From Gammaproteobacteria bacterium (GTDB lineage: Bacteria; Pseudomonadota; Gammaproteobacteria; Ga0077554; Ga007554): 64,000 bases of DNA. The notes beneath the pieces were generated by a model. That model was not told where the DNA came from, ran no database searches, and saw nothing but the letters and a program-made list of their open reading frames with translations. This document shows, piece after piece, positions 19,672-29,981 of the stretch (its first letter is position 1; every line of letters starts with the position of its first letter). The stretch lies in contig JAKFXX010000005.1 of the NCBI GenBank assembly GCA_021731145.1, positions 18,821-82,820 on the forward strand, written 5' to 3'. Both the position numbers and the translations under genes were made by a program.

Positions 19672-21693
19672 CTATCTTGGGTTAAGATTGGCCAGATTGG
19701 CTAATTGTTGCGTCAAAAAATTGCTGGCTGTGGTCATTCTGCTGATGATCATGTCAAGCGCAGTGAATTGGGCACGATAGCGCTTCTCCGTGTCGGCCAG
19801 CCGATCGGTCAGACGTTGCCTGTTCTCGTCAAGGCTTTTCAGGGAGGCGTTGATGCCATTAGTACGTGATGAAATCGGGCCATCCGTGCCGAGCTGCGAG
19901 TTCGCGAGATTGTCAAGCTGGTAGGCATAGCCTTGCGAGTAATTGACCGTGCCACGGATACCGATACTACCGCCGGTGATTTGTACTCTGAGTCCCTCAG
20001 ACGGATCACCCTTGGCGCCAGTGAGAAATTGTCCGGCGCCAGTCACAGCCACGCCGTTGATAGTGCCCATCGTGTCCAGGCCAGCCGCGACCGTGGCAGC
20101 GGCACCCAGAAGATTGGTCATGCCAGTGCCACCGATAACGCTGGCGCCGGATGTCGAGCCATAACGATTGGATGTGATCGTCAACACACCCGCTGATTCA
20201 GTCACTGTCGCCGATGATCCGGCGGCAACGAATGCGGCTGCGCCATTGATCTTTGATTGTACTTCTGCCGCCAGCGCAGCAGCGGTCGCATAGGTTCCCC
20301 CCGCCAACGTAATTGTTGAGGTAACACCATCCAACAGCACTTGGAGAGAATCGTTAGTGCCAGGAGTAATAGTAAGGCCAGCGGCTGCCGAGCCAATGGT
20401 ATTGCCTTGGGTGGCGAGTTGACTGACATTGAGGCTATACGCGCCAGATACTGTCTTGGCCGTGGCACTGGAATAACTGGCAAGGCTATCGCTCGCTTTA
20501 CCGACGGTGGCAAAAAGCCCTGCAATGTCGCTGAACTTGGTGTCCATGGCACTCTGTAATTTGGTGTTATCCACGGCCAGAGAACCGTCTTTTTGTAAGG
20601 TGATGCCGACTTGAGACAGTTGCGTGAAGGCGCTGGCACCCCCTGGAACGGGTGCCGATATCACGCTACGGATCTGGGTTTGGATCGAGCGCACTGAGGA
20701 CTCACCGTTCAGAATGGCAGCCTGTTTGGTAGCGGCATTAAAGGCCGATGCATCATTGAGCGTCTTGTTAATGTCGTTGTAAGACTTAACGAAGACACCC
20801 ACGGCAGCTATCACCGAACTGGTGTCGCGCGCCACCGTAATATTGGTAGGACTACCGGCATTGGTCTTTGCCAGATTGAGGGTGACGCCTTGAATCACAT
20901 CACTGGCCGTGTTGGTAGCCTTGGAGACGGCAATGCCATCCACCTTGAAAGCAGCGTTTTGGGCGCTGACCGTTTCAGAGAAAGCTTGACCTGTATTATT
21001 GGCAGGGTCTTGGCTGAGCAGGGTGGAGAGGGCCGCATCGCCCGCTACCGATATCTTCATGCTTTGGGTCTGGCCAGTGGCGTTCACGGTCAACGCCAGA
21101 CGATAAGGTGAAGCGCTGCCATCGTTCACAATAGTGGCGTTCACACCGATACTGGCCTTGTTAATCGCATCGCGGATGCCGGAGAGTGAGTTATTGGTTG
21201 CGTCTATGGTAACGGTCTTGACGCCCGCGCCATTGGTGGTAAAGCTGGCACCGGAATAGAGTCCGGTTGCACTATTAAAGGTGCCGCCGACAATCGTGCC
21301 GAAGTCGAAGCTAAGCGTAGTGGCAACGCCAGTGCCTATTGTTGCGCTATCACTAACCTGTCCTGCGGAAGCCAGTTTTTGCGCTTGTGCGAGTTTTGTC
21401 ACTTCCAGTGAATACGTACCAGGTGCCACACCTGCACTGCCGCTGGCGGATACAATACTCGCGTCAGCAGGTGTAACGCGCACCCCTTGAAACTTGCTGA
21501 TATCGGAGAGACCTCGCACCGCCGTTTGGAATTGCGAGAGCGCACCCTTAAGCGTGCCTAAACCGGAAAGTTTCGCTTGAAAGTTCGCTTCTTTCTTGTT
21601 TAGCTGGCTGAGAGGCTGCTGTTCAACACTCATCAACTGGCTGACGATGCTGTTGACATCAAGGTTCGAGCCAATGCCTGGGGAAGAAATCAT
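19672..21693 (-). CDS. fliD: flagellar filament cap protein FliD
   Basis: 673 aa with conserved FliD N- and C-terminal coiled-coil regions. Confidence 0.85.
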   Translation of the reverse strand: MISSPGIGSNLDVNSIVSQLMSVEQQPLSQLNKKEANFQAKLSGLGTLKGALSQFQTAVRGLSDISKFQGVRVTPADASIVSASGSAGVAPGTYSLEVTKLAQAQKLASAGQVSDSATIGTGVATTLSFDFGTIVGGTFNSATGLYSGASFTTNGAGVKTVTIDATNNSLSGIRDAINKASIGVNATIVNDGSASPYRLALTVNATGQTQSMKISVAGDAALSTLLSQDPANNTGQAFSETVSAQNAAFKVDGIAVSKATNTASDVIQGVTLNLAKTNAGSPTNITVARDTSSVIAAVGVFVKSYNDINKTLNDASAFNAATKQAAILNGESSVRSIQTQIRSVISAPVPGGASAFTQLSQVGITLQKDGSLAVDNTKLQSAMDTKFSDIAGLFATVGKASDSLASYSSATAKTVSGAYSLNVSQLATQGNTIGSAAAGLTITPGTNDSLQVLLDGVTSTITLAGGTYATAAALAAEVQSKINGAAAFVAAGSSATVTESAGVLTITSNRYGSTSGASVIGGTGMTNLLGAAATVAAGLDTMGTINGVAVTGAGQFLTGAKGDPSEGLRVQITGGSIGIRGTVNYSQGYAYQLDNLANSQLGTDGPISSRTNGINASLKSLDENRQRLTDRLADTEKRYRAQFTALDMIISRMTTASNFLTQQLANLANLNPR

Positions 21694-21714
21694 TACGACG
21701 TGCCTCGAGTGAGC

Positions 21715-22062
21715 TTAGGCCTGAGTTCTGATGACAATACCTTGCAGCTTGTCCAGCGCTTTAGAGATCGCCAACACTTCCTGTGAAGGGATTTGCCGCA
21801 GAACAGCCTGGGTCTCCGTATCAATAACCTTGACCAAGGTTCTGCCAGTATCCTGGTCAGTACTAAATTGAACGCCGCTGGCAATCGGCTTGAGTGATTT
21901 ATTTATCGTTTCTACCGCCTGTTTCAACTCCGCAGTACTGACAACAGTAGCTTGTGCGGGGCCGGGCTCTGGAGCACTCTGCACGTTTTTCGATAAAATG
22001 TGCGTAGCAGCCTGTGTTGCATTGGGCGCCTGCCCTGTATTTGAAATCGAATTAATGTCCAT
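21715..22062 (-). CDS. flaG: flagellar protein FlaG
   Basis: 115 aa with FlaG C-terminal motif (TGRTLVKVIDTETQAVLRQIPSQEVLAI). Confidence 0.75.
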   Translation of the reverse strand: MDINSISNTGQAPNATQAATHILSKNVQSAPEPGPAQATVVSTAELKQAVETINKSLKPIASGVQFSTDQDTGRTLVKVIDTETQAVLRQIPSQEVLAISKALDKLQGIVIRTQA

Positions 22063-22149
22063 GATTTATCCCCTCACAGTGGGTAGACGGAAAGTGGTTT
22101 CCCACCTTCCGTCCTGTTAAAACGACCCAAAAGGATCGTTTTTTACTGA

Positions 22150-23670
22150 TTAGCGTAACAGTGCCAATACGCCATTAGGCAACGAGTTAGCTTGCGCCAA
22201 CATCGCAGTACCGGCTTGCTGCAGGATCTGGCCACGGGTCAGGCTGGCGGTTTCAGCAGCGAAGTTGGTGTCTTGAATCCGGCTACGTGCTGCACTCAGG
22301 TTTTCCGAGGTGGCCTGCAAATTGCTGACCGTGGTAGAGAATCGATTCTGCAAGGCGCCGAGCGAAGCACGCGAATTGTTGATGTTGGCCAGTGCAGAAT
22401 CGATTACCTGCAATGCGTTGTTGGCGCCGGTGGGGATGCCGCTGGTCATCGTTGTGATATCGACGGATGCCACCGAAGACAGCCCGCTGGAAAGGGTAAC
22501 TGCTCCGCCTGCAAGTATACCGGCAGCACTGGCCGTGGCCGTGAAGGCCGAGGCAGAGTTAAAGGTAACCTTGCCACCTACAGTCCCCGTGTCGCCAGCA
22601 GAGCCACTAGCGGCAAAGGTGATTGCGGTTCCGGTTCCACCGTCAGCGGTTGGTGCGCCGGTATAGGTGATTGTAGTTTGCGCGGTGTTGTTTTTCACGC
22701 CAATATCATAGCCTTGGGCTTGGGTCAGCGCGATTTTCCCGGTGGTCGTGTCGGCGACTGCGGTGATGCCGGTTGAGCCAGTCTGTGCATTAATCGCCGT
22801 GGTCAAGGCGCCTACGTCGGTGGCAGAAGCGAGCGTGGCGCTAATCGTTACCGGGTTAGCTGCACCAGCAGAGGTGGGGGCACCCTGCAAGGTCAGAGAA
22901 ACTGTACCTGCAACGAAGCCTCCCAGCGTCGATACTGTAGTGGCAGAGGCAGATACCCCTGTAGAGCCGGCTGCGGCATTTACCGCATCTGCGATGGCTT
23001 TACCCGAGGCGCCAGCGGCGATAGTGAGAGCTCCGCTACTCGCGCCGTTGCCCTGAATCGTCAGGGTTCCCGCTGCAACATTGTTGGCTGGGATTGTTCC
23101 TGCGGCAGTACCTGCTTTAGAATCTACCATGGTACCCCCGCTGGCCTTTGCAAGCGTGTTATTACCGATTGCGGACCCCTGGGCGCTGCCGATAGAGAAG
23201 TTAATTGTTTGGTTGGCGTTGGCGCCGACCTGGAACTGGGCGTTGTTAAGTGAACCATCCAAGGTATTCAGGCCATTGAACTGGGTCGTATTGGCCACGC
23301 GATTAATTTCCTGCTGGATTTGGCTAACTTCCTGTTGCAGGGAAGCGCGATCCGAGGCGGAGTTGGTGCCGTTGGCAGCCTGCACGGCCAATGAGCGCAT
23401 ACGTTGCAGCAGGTCAGTGGTGGTGGCCAAGCCGCCTTCAGCGGTCTGGGCCAGCGAGATGCCATCGTTGGCATTACGGGATGCCTGATTGAGACCATTG
23501 ATCTGGCTGGTCATCCGGCTGGAGATCGCAAGTCCGGCGGCGTCATCTTTGGCGCTGTTGATGCGCAAGCCAGAAGACAGGCGTTGCAGAGAGGTGGCTA
23601 ATTCTGACGACGATGTCATGAGGTTGCGTTGAGCATTTAACGAAGCGACGTTGGTATTGATAACTGACAT
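22150..23670 (-). CDS. fliC: flagellin FliC (506 aa, Ala/Thr/Gly-rich central region)
   Basis: Conserved N-terminus MSVINTNVASLNAQRNLMTS...LQRLSSGLRINSAKDDAAGLAIS and C-terminus ...RGQILQQAGTAMLAQANSLPNGVLALLR. RBS GGAGAA. Confidence 0.9.
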   Translation of the reverse strand: MSVINTNVASLNAQRNLMTSSSELATSLQRLSSGLRINSAKDDAAGLAISSRMTSQINGLNQASRNANDGISLAQTAEGGLATTTDLLQRMRSLAVQAANGTNSASDRASLQQEVSQIQQEINRVANTTQFNGLNTLDGSLNNAQFQVGANANQTINFSIGSAQGSAIGNNTLAKASGGTMVDSKAGTAAGTIPANNVAAGTLTIQGNGASSGALTIAAGASGKAIADAVNAAAGSTGVSASATTVSTLGGFVAGTVSLTLQGAPTSAGAANPVTISATLASATDVGALTTAINAQTGSTGITAVADTTTGKIALTQAQGYDIGVKNNTAQTTITYTGAPTADGGTGTAITFAASGSAGDTGTVGGKVTFNSASAFTATASAAGILAGGAVTLSSGLSSVASVDITTMTSGIPTGANNALQVIDSALANINNSRASLGALQNRFSTTVSNLQATSENLSAARSRIQDTNFAAETASLTRGQILQQAGTAMLAQANSLPNGVLALLR

Positions 23671-23778
23671 GATAGTTCTCCTCTTGCCGTGGAAAAGCCT
23701 TAATGTAGTGACTTGATCACGGAGATTGATAATTAGCGGATATGTTTCCTAAGTTGAAACATTTACCGCTTCCGATTA

Positions 23779-23808
23779 GGTTATCGGTTAGCTGGCAATC
23801 AAACTTTA
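23779..23808 (-). promoter_or_regulatory. sigma28 (FliA) promoter of fliC
   Basis: Minus strand reads TAAAGTTT-gattgccagcta-ACCGATAA, a near-consensus class III flagellar promoter ~110 nt upstream of the fliC ATG. Confidence 0.55.
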
Positions 23809-23849
23809 GGTAATTTTTGGGGGGAATAGCTACAGAGAGTAAAAATTAT

Positions 23850-24179
23850 CTATGCTGACAAGCCACGCGCCAACGCCATCACTTCTTCGCAAGGAATCTG
23901 CCGAATAACCTCATGGGTTTCCATATCAATGACTTTGACCACCACCCGGCCACTACTTTCGTCGATGCTGAATTGCATATCGCGTCGATAATTTTGAATG
24001 AACCGGTTTAAACTGCTGACCACTCCTTTCAAAGAAACATCGGCCTGTCCGTCCTGCTCACCATAGATTTGTTGTGGTAAAGGACCCTGCAACCCATTTT
24101 CCGAGTCCGCGCTTAAACCACTTGCTGCCTGTCCCGCAGGCTGGGACACTGCGACCATTTCAGAGATGTCAGGAACCAT
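23850..24179 (-). CDS. second FlaG paralogue
   Basis: 109 aa. SGRVVVKVIDMETHEVIRQIPCEEVMAL matches the FlaG C-terminal motif. Lies downstream of the decayed fliC copy. Confidence 0.7.
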   Translation of the reverse strand: MVPDISEMVAVSQPAGQAASGLSADSENGLQGPLPQQIYGEQDGQADVSLKGVVSSLNRFIQNYRRDMQFSIDESSGRVVVKVIDMETHEVIRQIPCEEVMALARGLSA

Positions 24180-24243
24180 TATATCTACCTCATATCACTG
24201 CGTAAAAACTCACCCGGACGTCCCAACCCGAATGATCCCATCA

Positions 24244-24566
24244 TCAACTTACCGCAACACCGGCAACACTCCGCTGGGTAACGCATTGGCCTGGGCCAAC
24301 ATCACCGTACCCGCCTGCTGCAGGATCTGGTCGTGGGTAAGGATGTTGCAAAGAGGGCACGATCGAAAATTTTGCCGTGGTGAGATTAAACTGTGCATTG
24401 CGCCAGGAAATATTGATATTATTAACTAGCACATGAAATTATAAATTACGAAACATGATTCGAATCCCATGTAGGTCTGGCTTTAGCCAGACATGTCGGC
24501 CTGAAGGCCGACCTACAATCGTGCGGCATTATGCTGCACGATTTATGTGTTCATATACTAGGCACA
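24244..24566 (-). pseudogene. decayed second flagellin gene (fliC'): RBS + ATG, MITE insertion, ~28 N-terminal codons, an internal deletion (out of frame), then ~30 C-terminal codons
   Basis: VNNINISWRNAQFNLTTAKFSIVPSLQ corresponds to fliC VINTNVASLNAQRNLMTSSSELATSLQ. The 3' end encodes LTHDQILQQAGTVMLAQANALPSGVLPVLR*, 24/30 identical to the FliC C-terminus, in a different frame. The GAGGAGAAAGCACC-ATG start is at 24564-24566. Confidence 0.55.
24431..24561 (-). mobile_element. 131-bp MITE-like element, copy 1, inserted at the 5' end of fliC'
   Basis: Near-identical inverted copy at 61344-61474. Contains nested hairpins (gtaggtctggc-ttta-gccagacatg; tcggcc-tgaa-ggccga; gtaggtc...gacctac). Possible CTAG flank duplication. 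Confidence 0.5.
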
Positions 24567-24678
24567 TGGTGCTTTCTCCTCGTCCCGCGAGCGCGCAGAT
24601 TTTAAACCTGTCCACTTGCGGATGGGTTGATATTTAACGGACATATTTCTCATACGAAATATTCACTGCGTCCGGTTT

Positions 24679-24708
24679 GGTTATCGGGCTGGAGGGGATG
24701 AAACTTTA
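24679..24708 (-). promoter_or_regulatory. orphan sigma28 promoter upstream of the fliC' pseudogene and flaG'
   Basis: Minus strand reads TAAAGTTT-catcccctccagc-CCGATAA. It retains both consensus elements despite decay of the gene it served. Confidence 0.5.
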
Positions 24709-24764
24709 GGGGATGTTCATGCTGTTGGTAGGGATGCGGTTGAAACCGGCCCCTACGAAAAGAT

Positions 24765-25973
24765 TTATCTGAGAAAATTAAACAGCGACAATCCCTGTAT
24801 TTTGATAAAAGATTGCTGTGCCGCCTGCAGGCCGGTCAATTGCAAATTGAGGCGGCTGACAGCTTCTGTATAATCGAGGTCCTGTAGCGTGGAAAGGGTT
24901 GTTTGAACCTGAAGCTTAAAGCCATCGTTGATGCCTTTCTGAGCATCAATGGCATTGATCCTGGCACCGGCTTTCGCGCGAACATCAAGAATATTTCCTA
25001 ACCCTTGATCCAGATCGACAAGGGTGCGATTGATGGCATTGTTCAAATGCGCACGGGATGCCGCGCCGCTTACCGGTGTCTCCAAGGCGTTAGCAAGACT
25101 TTGCAGTGTGGTGAAAATATCCTGGTTGGCACTGGGGGTGACCGTGAAACTGTCGCCATTGGCGGGCGTGCCCGTGACATTAGTTTGCACCCCATTGAAG
25201 GCAATGGTGCTGTCACTGGTATACGTACCAGAGGTTACCACACCGCTCACCGCACCCGTCACCGTGTAAGTGATCGGCGCAGTGGGCAACGCCTGGGTAA
25301 AAGCGAGAGTGTAGGTGTCTGGGACAAATCCGCTGGTTGCAGTGCCCGGATCAATCACTCCACTGCCAGTATTAAGCAGATTTTCCTGCGTTGTAAAAAC
25401 GCCATTGCCATTACGGATGGCACGAAACACGTCCGTTCCCGAATCGCCCACCGCCACTTGCCTCGCAGGGCCGATCTGCAAATAGCGCTGCCCCTCATCG
25501 CCACTATAGGAAAAACCTCCCGCAGCATTCCGGCTAAAGGGCTGAGTACTCCCTTGGTAACCGGAAAACAGATATTCGTTGTTAGCATCCTTTACATTCG
25601 CCAGGCCCAACAAGCTATCCAGGCTTTGACGCACTTCTTGCGCGATGGAAGCGCGGTTTTCGTTACTCAAAGTCGCGTTATTGGCCTGTACGGCCAGCCC
25701 CCGTACCCGTTGCAGGAGATCACCGATGCCACTTAGTGTCTGGTCTTCCAGAGAGAGCCGCGAATTTGCCGCGTCCGCATTTGACTGATACTGTCCGGTG
25801 ACTGCCTTTTCCTGCGTCAAGCTTAGCACTTGTGCCGCGGCGGCGGGATCATCCGCCGGGGTGAGGATGCGCTTGCCGGTGGAAACCTGTAATTGCGTTT
25901 TGGCGAGCAAGGCTTGCTGCTCCAGCATGGAATTTACACCTTGCTGCTGCATTTGATTGGTGGAGATGCGCAT
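24765..25973 (-). CDS. flgL: hook-filament junction protein FlgL
   Basis: 402 aa, flagellin-like N- and C-termini (FlgL family). Confidence 0.85.
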   Translation of the reverse strand: MRISTNQMQQQGVNSMLEQQALLAKTQLQVSTGKRILTPADDPAAAAQVLSLTQEKAVTGQYQSNADAANSRLSLEDQTLSGIGDLLQRVRGLAVQANNATLSNENRASIAQEVRQSLDSLLGLANVKDANNEYLFSGYQGSTQPFSRNAAGGFSYSGDEGQRYLQIGPARQVAVGDSGTDVFRAIRNGNGVFTTQENLLNTGSGVIDPGTATSGFVPDTYTLAFTQALPTAPITYTVTGAVSGVVTSGTYTSDSTIAFNGVQTNVTGTPANGDSFTVTPSANQDIFTTLQSLANALETPVSGAASRAHLNNAINRTLVDLDQGLGNILDVRAKAGARINAIDAQKGINDGFKLQVQTTLSTLQDLDYTEAVSRLNLQLTGLQAAQQSFIKIQGLSLFNFLR

Positions 25974-25976
25974 AAA

Positions 25977-27896
25977 TTATCTCCTGATGGCACCCATAAG
26001 GGTTTGGAAGAGATTATCTGTCATCGAAATTACCTGTGCGGATGCCTGATATGCCTGTTGCAGGCGCACCATGTTGGCGGCCTCTTCGTCAAGATTGACG
26101 CCGGACACGGCATCGCGCGCCTCTAGCGACTGCTTGCGCAAAACATCCTGCGCATTGCGGGTAATATCCGCTTGATGGGCTTGTGTTCCCACATTGGCCA
26201 CCAATTCACCATAGGCGTCCTGATAGGTGGCTGTGCCGCCTCCCAGCATTTGCTGTTTCTGCAATTGACCCAGCAGCAATGCATTACGGTTGTCACTCAC
26301 GCCGCTGGTATTCGCGCCGACAGAAAATACATCGCCTGTTGCGGCAGCGCCGCTGATCTTTGCCGTCCAGCCGTTGTAGCTGATGGCTTGACCAGAGACA
26401 TAGGGAACATTCGTCGCAAGTGTACCGTTGGTTGCGTCAACGACATTAAATAGGCCGGGCGAAGTGAACGTGATGCTTACTGTGTTGCGCAGATCAGGGT
26501 CTTGCGCATTCGCCACGCCCGGGCTGATGGTGGCGGCACTTGTGTTCGTCAACGCGGCGGATGTGCGTATCGGCGCACCGGCGGCGATACTTTTGGCGTC
26601 GTTGATCACCATACCGATGGTCTGCGCGCCCTGGCGCGTGGGCTGGATCAAAAAGCTGTCGTTGACTGCCGCACCTGCGGTGATATTCAGCGAAAACCCA
26701 TCAATCGCCGCGCTGGTATAGGGATAGCTGCCGCCGGTATTTATGGCGGATGTTTGATTGTCGGAAAGCCGGGTGAGCGTGTAATTGTTGCTGCCCGTAT
26801 AGGTCAATCGGTAATCGCTGGTAGTCAACCCATTGGCATCCGCCAGCGCGGCTGTCACCGCACTGGTGCCGGTATTGAGCGATCTGGCCTGAACCTGGAG
26901 GCTGGGCGCCTTGAAAAAATCACTGCCCAGCGCGCCGTTCAAATCCTGGCCGAGTTTATGCTGGTCATTAAAGTTATCTGCCAGGCCAATCGCTACGCGG
27001 CCCAGGGTATTTTGCGCCACATCAAGCACGCGGTTGCGGAAATCCAGCACACCGCCCAACTTTCCGCCGCTCAATTGATTCGAAATATTGATCGTATCCG
27101 TGCCCATTTGATAACCGACTTCCAGGCGCGTCGCATCGAACTGGTTGTTCATCACACTCAGGGGTTGCGCACGGAAACCGGCAACCAGCGGCTGCCCGTT
27201 GCCGATAAACACATTAAGAGAGCCATCGTCTTGCGGCACGGTAGTGACGGCGACACGTTCCGACAATTGCGCAATCAACGCATCACGTTTATCAAGCAAA
27301 TCATTGGGCAGTGTTCCCGATGCCCTGCCGGGGGCGACAGAAATATCGCGGTTTACACTGGCGATCGACTGGGCAAGGCCGTTAATTTCGGTGACGCGGT
27401 TTTGCACCTCGGCATTCGCACCGTTACGCAACTCGCCAAGGCGTTGGTCCATATAATGAAATCGATCAACCAGCGTGCCTGACTCGCTCAGCAACACCTG
27501 ACGCGCCGCACCTGAACTTGGGTCGTTTGCGACGCCCTGAACGGCGTTGAAAAAACTTTGCAAGCTGGGCGTGAGGCCTGCCTGGGGATCAGCCAGCAGG
27601 TTGTCGATACGGCTGGTTAGCGTGTAAAAATTTTCCGTCTGGTTATAGGACGCCGTGTTCGTTTGCACCTGGGCAGTGAGAAAGTCGTCATACAGGCGCC
27701 GCACGCCGCCGACCGCCACACCCGTGCCCACATAGCCACCGCCGGAAAATTGCGGCGTGTTAGTAACAACATCCACGCGCTGACGGCTATAGCCTTCAGT
27801 GTTGACGTTAGTGATGTTCTGGCTCACTGTCGACAGTGAGCGCTGCGATGTCAACAGACCTGAAATACCTATGGCAAGTGAATCACCGACGGGCAT
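25977..27896 (-). CDS. flgK: hook-associated protein FlgK
   Basis: 639 aa. N-terminal rod/hook domain and C-terminal ...ANMVRLQQAYQASAQVISMTDNLFQTL. Confidence 0.85.
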   Translation of the reverse strand: MPVGDSLAIGISGLLTSQRSLSTVSQNITNVNTEGYSRQRVDVVTNTPQFSGGGYVGTGVAVGGVRRLYDDFLTAQVQTNTASYNQTENFYTLTSRIDNLLADPQAGLTPSLQSFFNAVQGVANDPSSGAARQVLLSESGTLVDRFHYMDQRLGELRNGANAEVQNRVTEINGLAQSIASVNRDISVAPGRASGTLPNDLLDKRDALIAQLSERVAVTTVPQDDGSLNVFIGNGQPLVAGFRAQPLSVMNNQFDATRLEVGYQMGTDTINISNQLSGGKLGGVLDFRNRVLDVAQNTLGRVAIGLADNFNDQHKLGQDLNGALGSDFFKAPSLQVQARSLNTGTSAVTAALADANGLTTSDYRLTYTGSNNYTLTRLSDNQTSAINTGGSYPYTSAAIDGFSLNITAGAAVNDSFLIQPTRQGAQTIGMVINDAKSIAAGAPIRTSAALTNTSAATISPGVANAQDPDLRNTVSITFTSPGLFNVVDATNGTLATNVPYVSGQAISYNGWTAKISGAAATGDVFSVGANTSGVSDNRNALLLGQLQKQQMLGGGTATYQDAYGELVANVGTQAHQADITRNAQDVLRKQSLEARDAVSGVNLDEEAANMVRLQQAYQASAQVISMTDNLFQTLMGAIRR

Positions 27897-27949
27897 GGCA
27901 AAACCTCATTAAGTTACACAGGGGCAGGTTTGGAACCTGTCCCTACTGT

Positions 27950-28837
27950 TCATGTTATCGGCCTGCTGTTTAACATCTTGAGCGCGCCATTCAGGGTGTC
28001 GCCGTGCAGAATCGCGCCGATCTTGCGCGCGTAGGCCGGATCAGTGGCATAGCCGGCATTCTGCAAGGCATTGGCAAACGCCTGTGGATCGCCCGCCACA
28101 GCCAATGCCTGACCGTAGCGCGGATTGGCACGCAGAAAATTGGCATAATCGGTGAAGCTGGCAGCGAAAGAATCATACGCGCGGAATGGCTCGTTACGCC
28201 TGCCCGCCTTGCCCTCGGCATACTCCAGCGTCGGCATGACGAGGCGCTCTCCCTGCCAACGGGCATCGGCCTTGATACCGAACAGGTTGTGGCTGCTGCG
28301 GCCATCGGGATGGCGCATGACAGACTGCCCCCAACCGCTTTCCAGCGCCGCCTGTGCCAGCAGAGCAGAGGGTGAAACACCGAGTTCCTTGCCCGCCTGT
28401 TGTGCATGGGGCCAAAGTGATTTTACGAATTCCTCGGGTGAGCCGAATGAGGACGGTGATGAAGCCACCGCTGCCGCTGGAAGATCCTGTGACGTGGTCA
28501 TCCCGGAAATATTTTTATTGTCATTTTTCGTTGTCGCGGCAGGAAGACTACCGCCAAGCTGCTTCACCAGCATATCCGCCAGTCCCATGCCGCGCCCCTG
28601 ACTGAGGGTCGTGGACAATTGCTGATCGAACATTCCCTGGTAAAACTCAGTCTGCTCGCTGTCCATAATGCCGTCACCCAGACTGGCCTCGCGCATCCCT
28701 TTCAGCATCATCTGCAAAAAAATCCCCTCAAACTGCTTGGCCACGGCACGCAATGCCTCGGGGGAATTTTCGCGCGCCTGGGTACGAAGGCGCGCGAGGC
28801 TTTGAAAGTCGGTGTAAATTTCCGGGTTGGGTATCAT
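27950..28837 (-). CDS. flgJ: rod-assembly protein / peptidoglycan hydrolase FlgJ
   Basis: N-terminal rod-binding region (AVAKQFEGIFLQMMLKGMRE) plus a C-terminal glucosaminidase-like domain. Confidence 0.8.
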   Translation of the reverse strand: MIPNPEIYTDFQSLARLRTQARENSPEALRAVAKQFEGIFLQMMLKGMREASLGDGIMDSEQTEFYQGMFDQQLSTTLSQGRGMGLADMLVKQLGGSLPAATTKNDNKNISGMTTSQDLPAAAVASSPSSFGSPEEFVKSLWPHAQQAGKELGVSPSALLAQAALESGWGQSVMRHPDGRSSHNLFGIKADARWQGERLVMPTLEYAEGKAGRRNEPFRAYDSFAASFTDYANFLRANPRYGQALAVAGDPQAFANALQNAGYATDPAYARKIGAILHGDTLNGALKMLNSRPIT

Positions 28838-28850
28838 TTGGGTTCGCGCT

Positions 28851-29981
28851 TCAAATTACGATCAGTTCCGCGCGCAACGCGCCCGCTTGTTTAAGGGCCT
28901 GGAGTATCGCCACCAGGTCGCCTGGCGCCGCGCCCACCTGGTTGACGGCACGCACGATATCACCCAGCGACACGCCGGGGTCAAACAAAAACATGCGGCG
29001 GTTTTCCTCTTTAACCTGAATCTCCGAGGTGGGCACGACCACTGTGGAGCCGCCTGAGAACGCGCCAGGCTGGCTGATGCGCGGCCTTTCCGAGATAGTG
29101 ACCACCAGATTGCCGTGCGACACGGCGGCTGGCGTGACGCGCACATGACTGCCGATCACCACGGTGCCGGTGCGCGAGTTGATGATTACTTTGGCTGCAC
29201 CTTCACCCGGCTCCAGCGTCAGATTTTCCAGAACGGATATAAACGCCACGCGCTGCGCCTGATCCTGTGGGGCGGCAACCTTGATTGATGAGCCATCCAG
29301 CGGTTGGGCCGTACTCGCACCGATGGCGGTGTTGATGGATTCCGCCAAACGTTTGGCGGTAGTAAAATCCGGTGTATGCAGGTTAAAAATCAGCGAATCA
29401 GCTTCACCAAACGAGGTCGGCGCGGGACGCTCCACGGTGGCGCCGTTGGGAATGCGCCCCACGCTGGGAACATTCACAGTGATTTTCGACCCGTCGCTGC
29501 CCGACACGCCCAGGCCACCCACCGCCAGATTGCCCTGGGCGATGGCATACACCTGACCATCCGCGCCCTTCAGCGGCGTCATAAGCAGGCTGCCGCCGCG
29601 CAGGCTTTTGGCATTGCCCAGCGACGAGACGGTGATATCCACAGTCTGTCCCGGCTTGGCAAACGGCGGCAATTCGGCGTGGATGGAAACTGCCGCGACA
29701 TTCTTGAGCTGGGGATTCACGGTGGGCGGCAACACAATACCGAATTGCGACAACATGCTTTTCATGCTTTGCACGGTAAATGGCGCTTGCGTGGTCTGAT
29801 CGCCGCTGCCGTCCAGCCCCACCACCAGACCGTAGCCCACCAGTTGGTTGACGCGCACGCCATCCACGGATGCTACATCCTTGATGCGCTCGGCATGGGC
29901 GAAGCCGGTCCATGAGACCAGCCAGGACAGCCAGGACAGCCAGAACAGCAGTATCGGTAATTTCAGGGAAAATCTATTCAT
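28851..29981 (-). CDS. flgI: flagellar P-ring protein FlgI
   Basis: FlgI family with signal peptide. Track ORF extends to 30014 from a GTG. Start set at the ATG of [13 protein letters not shown]. Confidence 0.85.
   Translation of the reverse strand: MNRFSLKLPILLFWLSWLSWLVSWTGFAHAERIKDVASVDGVRVNQLVGYGLVVGLDGSGDQTTQAPFTVQSMKSMLSQFGIVLPPTVNPQLKNVAAVSIHAELPPFAKPGQTVDITVSSLGNAKSLRGGSLLMTPLKGADGQVYAIAQGNLAVGGLGVSGSDGSKITVNVPSVGRIPNGATVERPAPTSFGEADSLIFNLHTPDFTTAKRLAESINTAIGASTAQPLDGSSIKVAAPQDQAQRVAFISVLENLTLEPGEGAAKVIINSRTGTVVIGSHVRVTPAAVSHGNLVVTISERPRISQPGAFSGGSTVVVPTSEIQVKEENRRMFLFDPGVSLGDIVRAVNQVGAAPGDLVAILQALKQAGALRAELIVI

Noticed and set aside
22192-23601. Several plus-strand ORFs inside fliC
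   Set aside because: They are antisense frames of the Ala/Gly/Thr-rich flagellin central region. The minus-strand flagellin has conserved termini.
24455-24637. ORFs 24455-24637 (+) and 61115-61450 (-) sharing the N-terminus MIRIPCRSGFSQTCRPEGRPTIVRHYAA
   Set aside because: The shared peptide is just the translation of the two MITE copies, and the downstream parts are unrelated. These are not genes.
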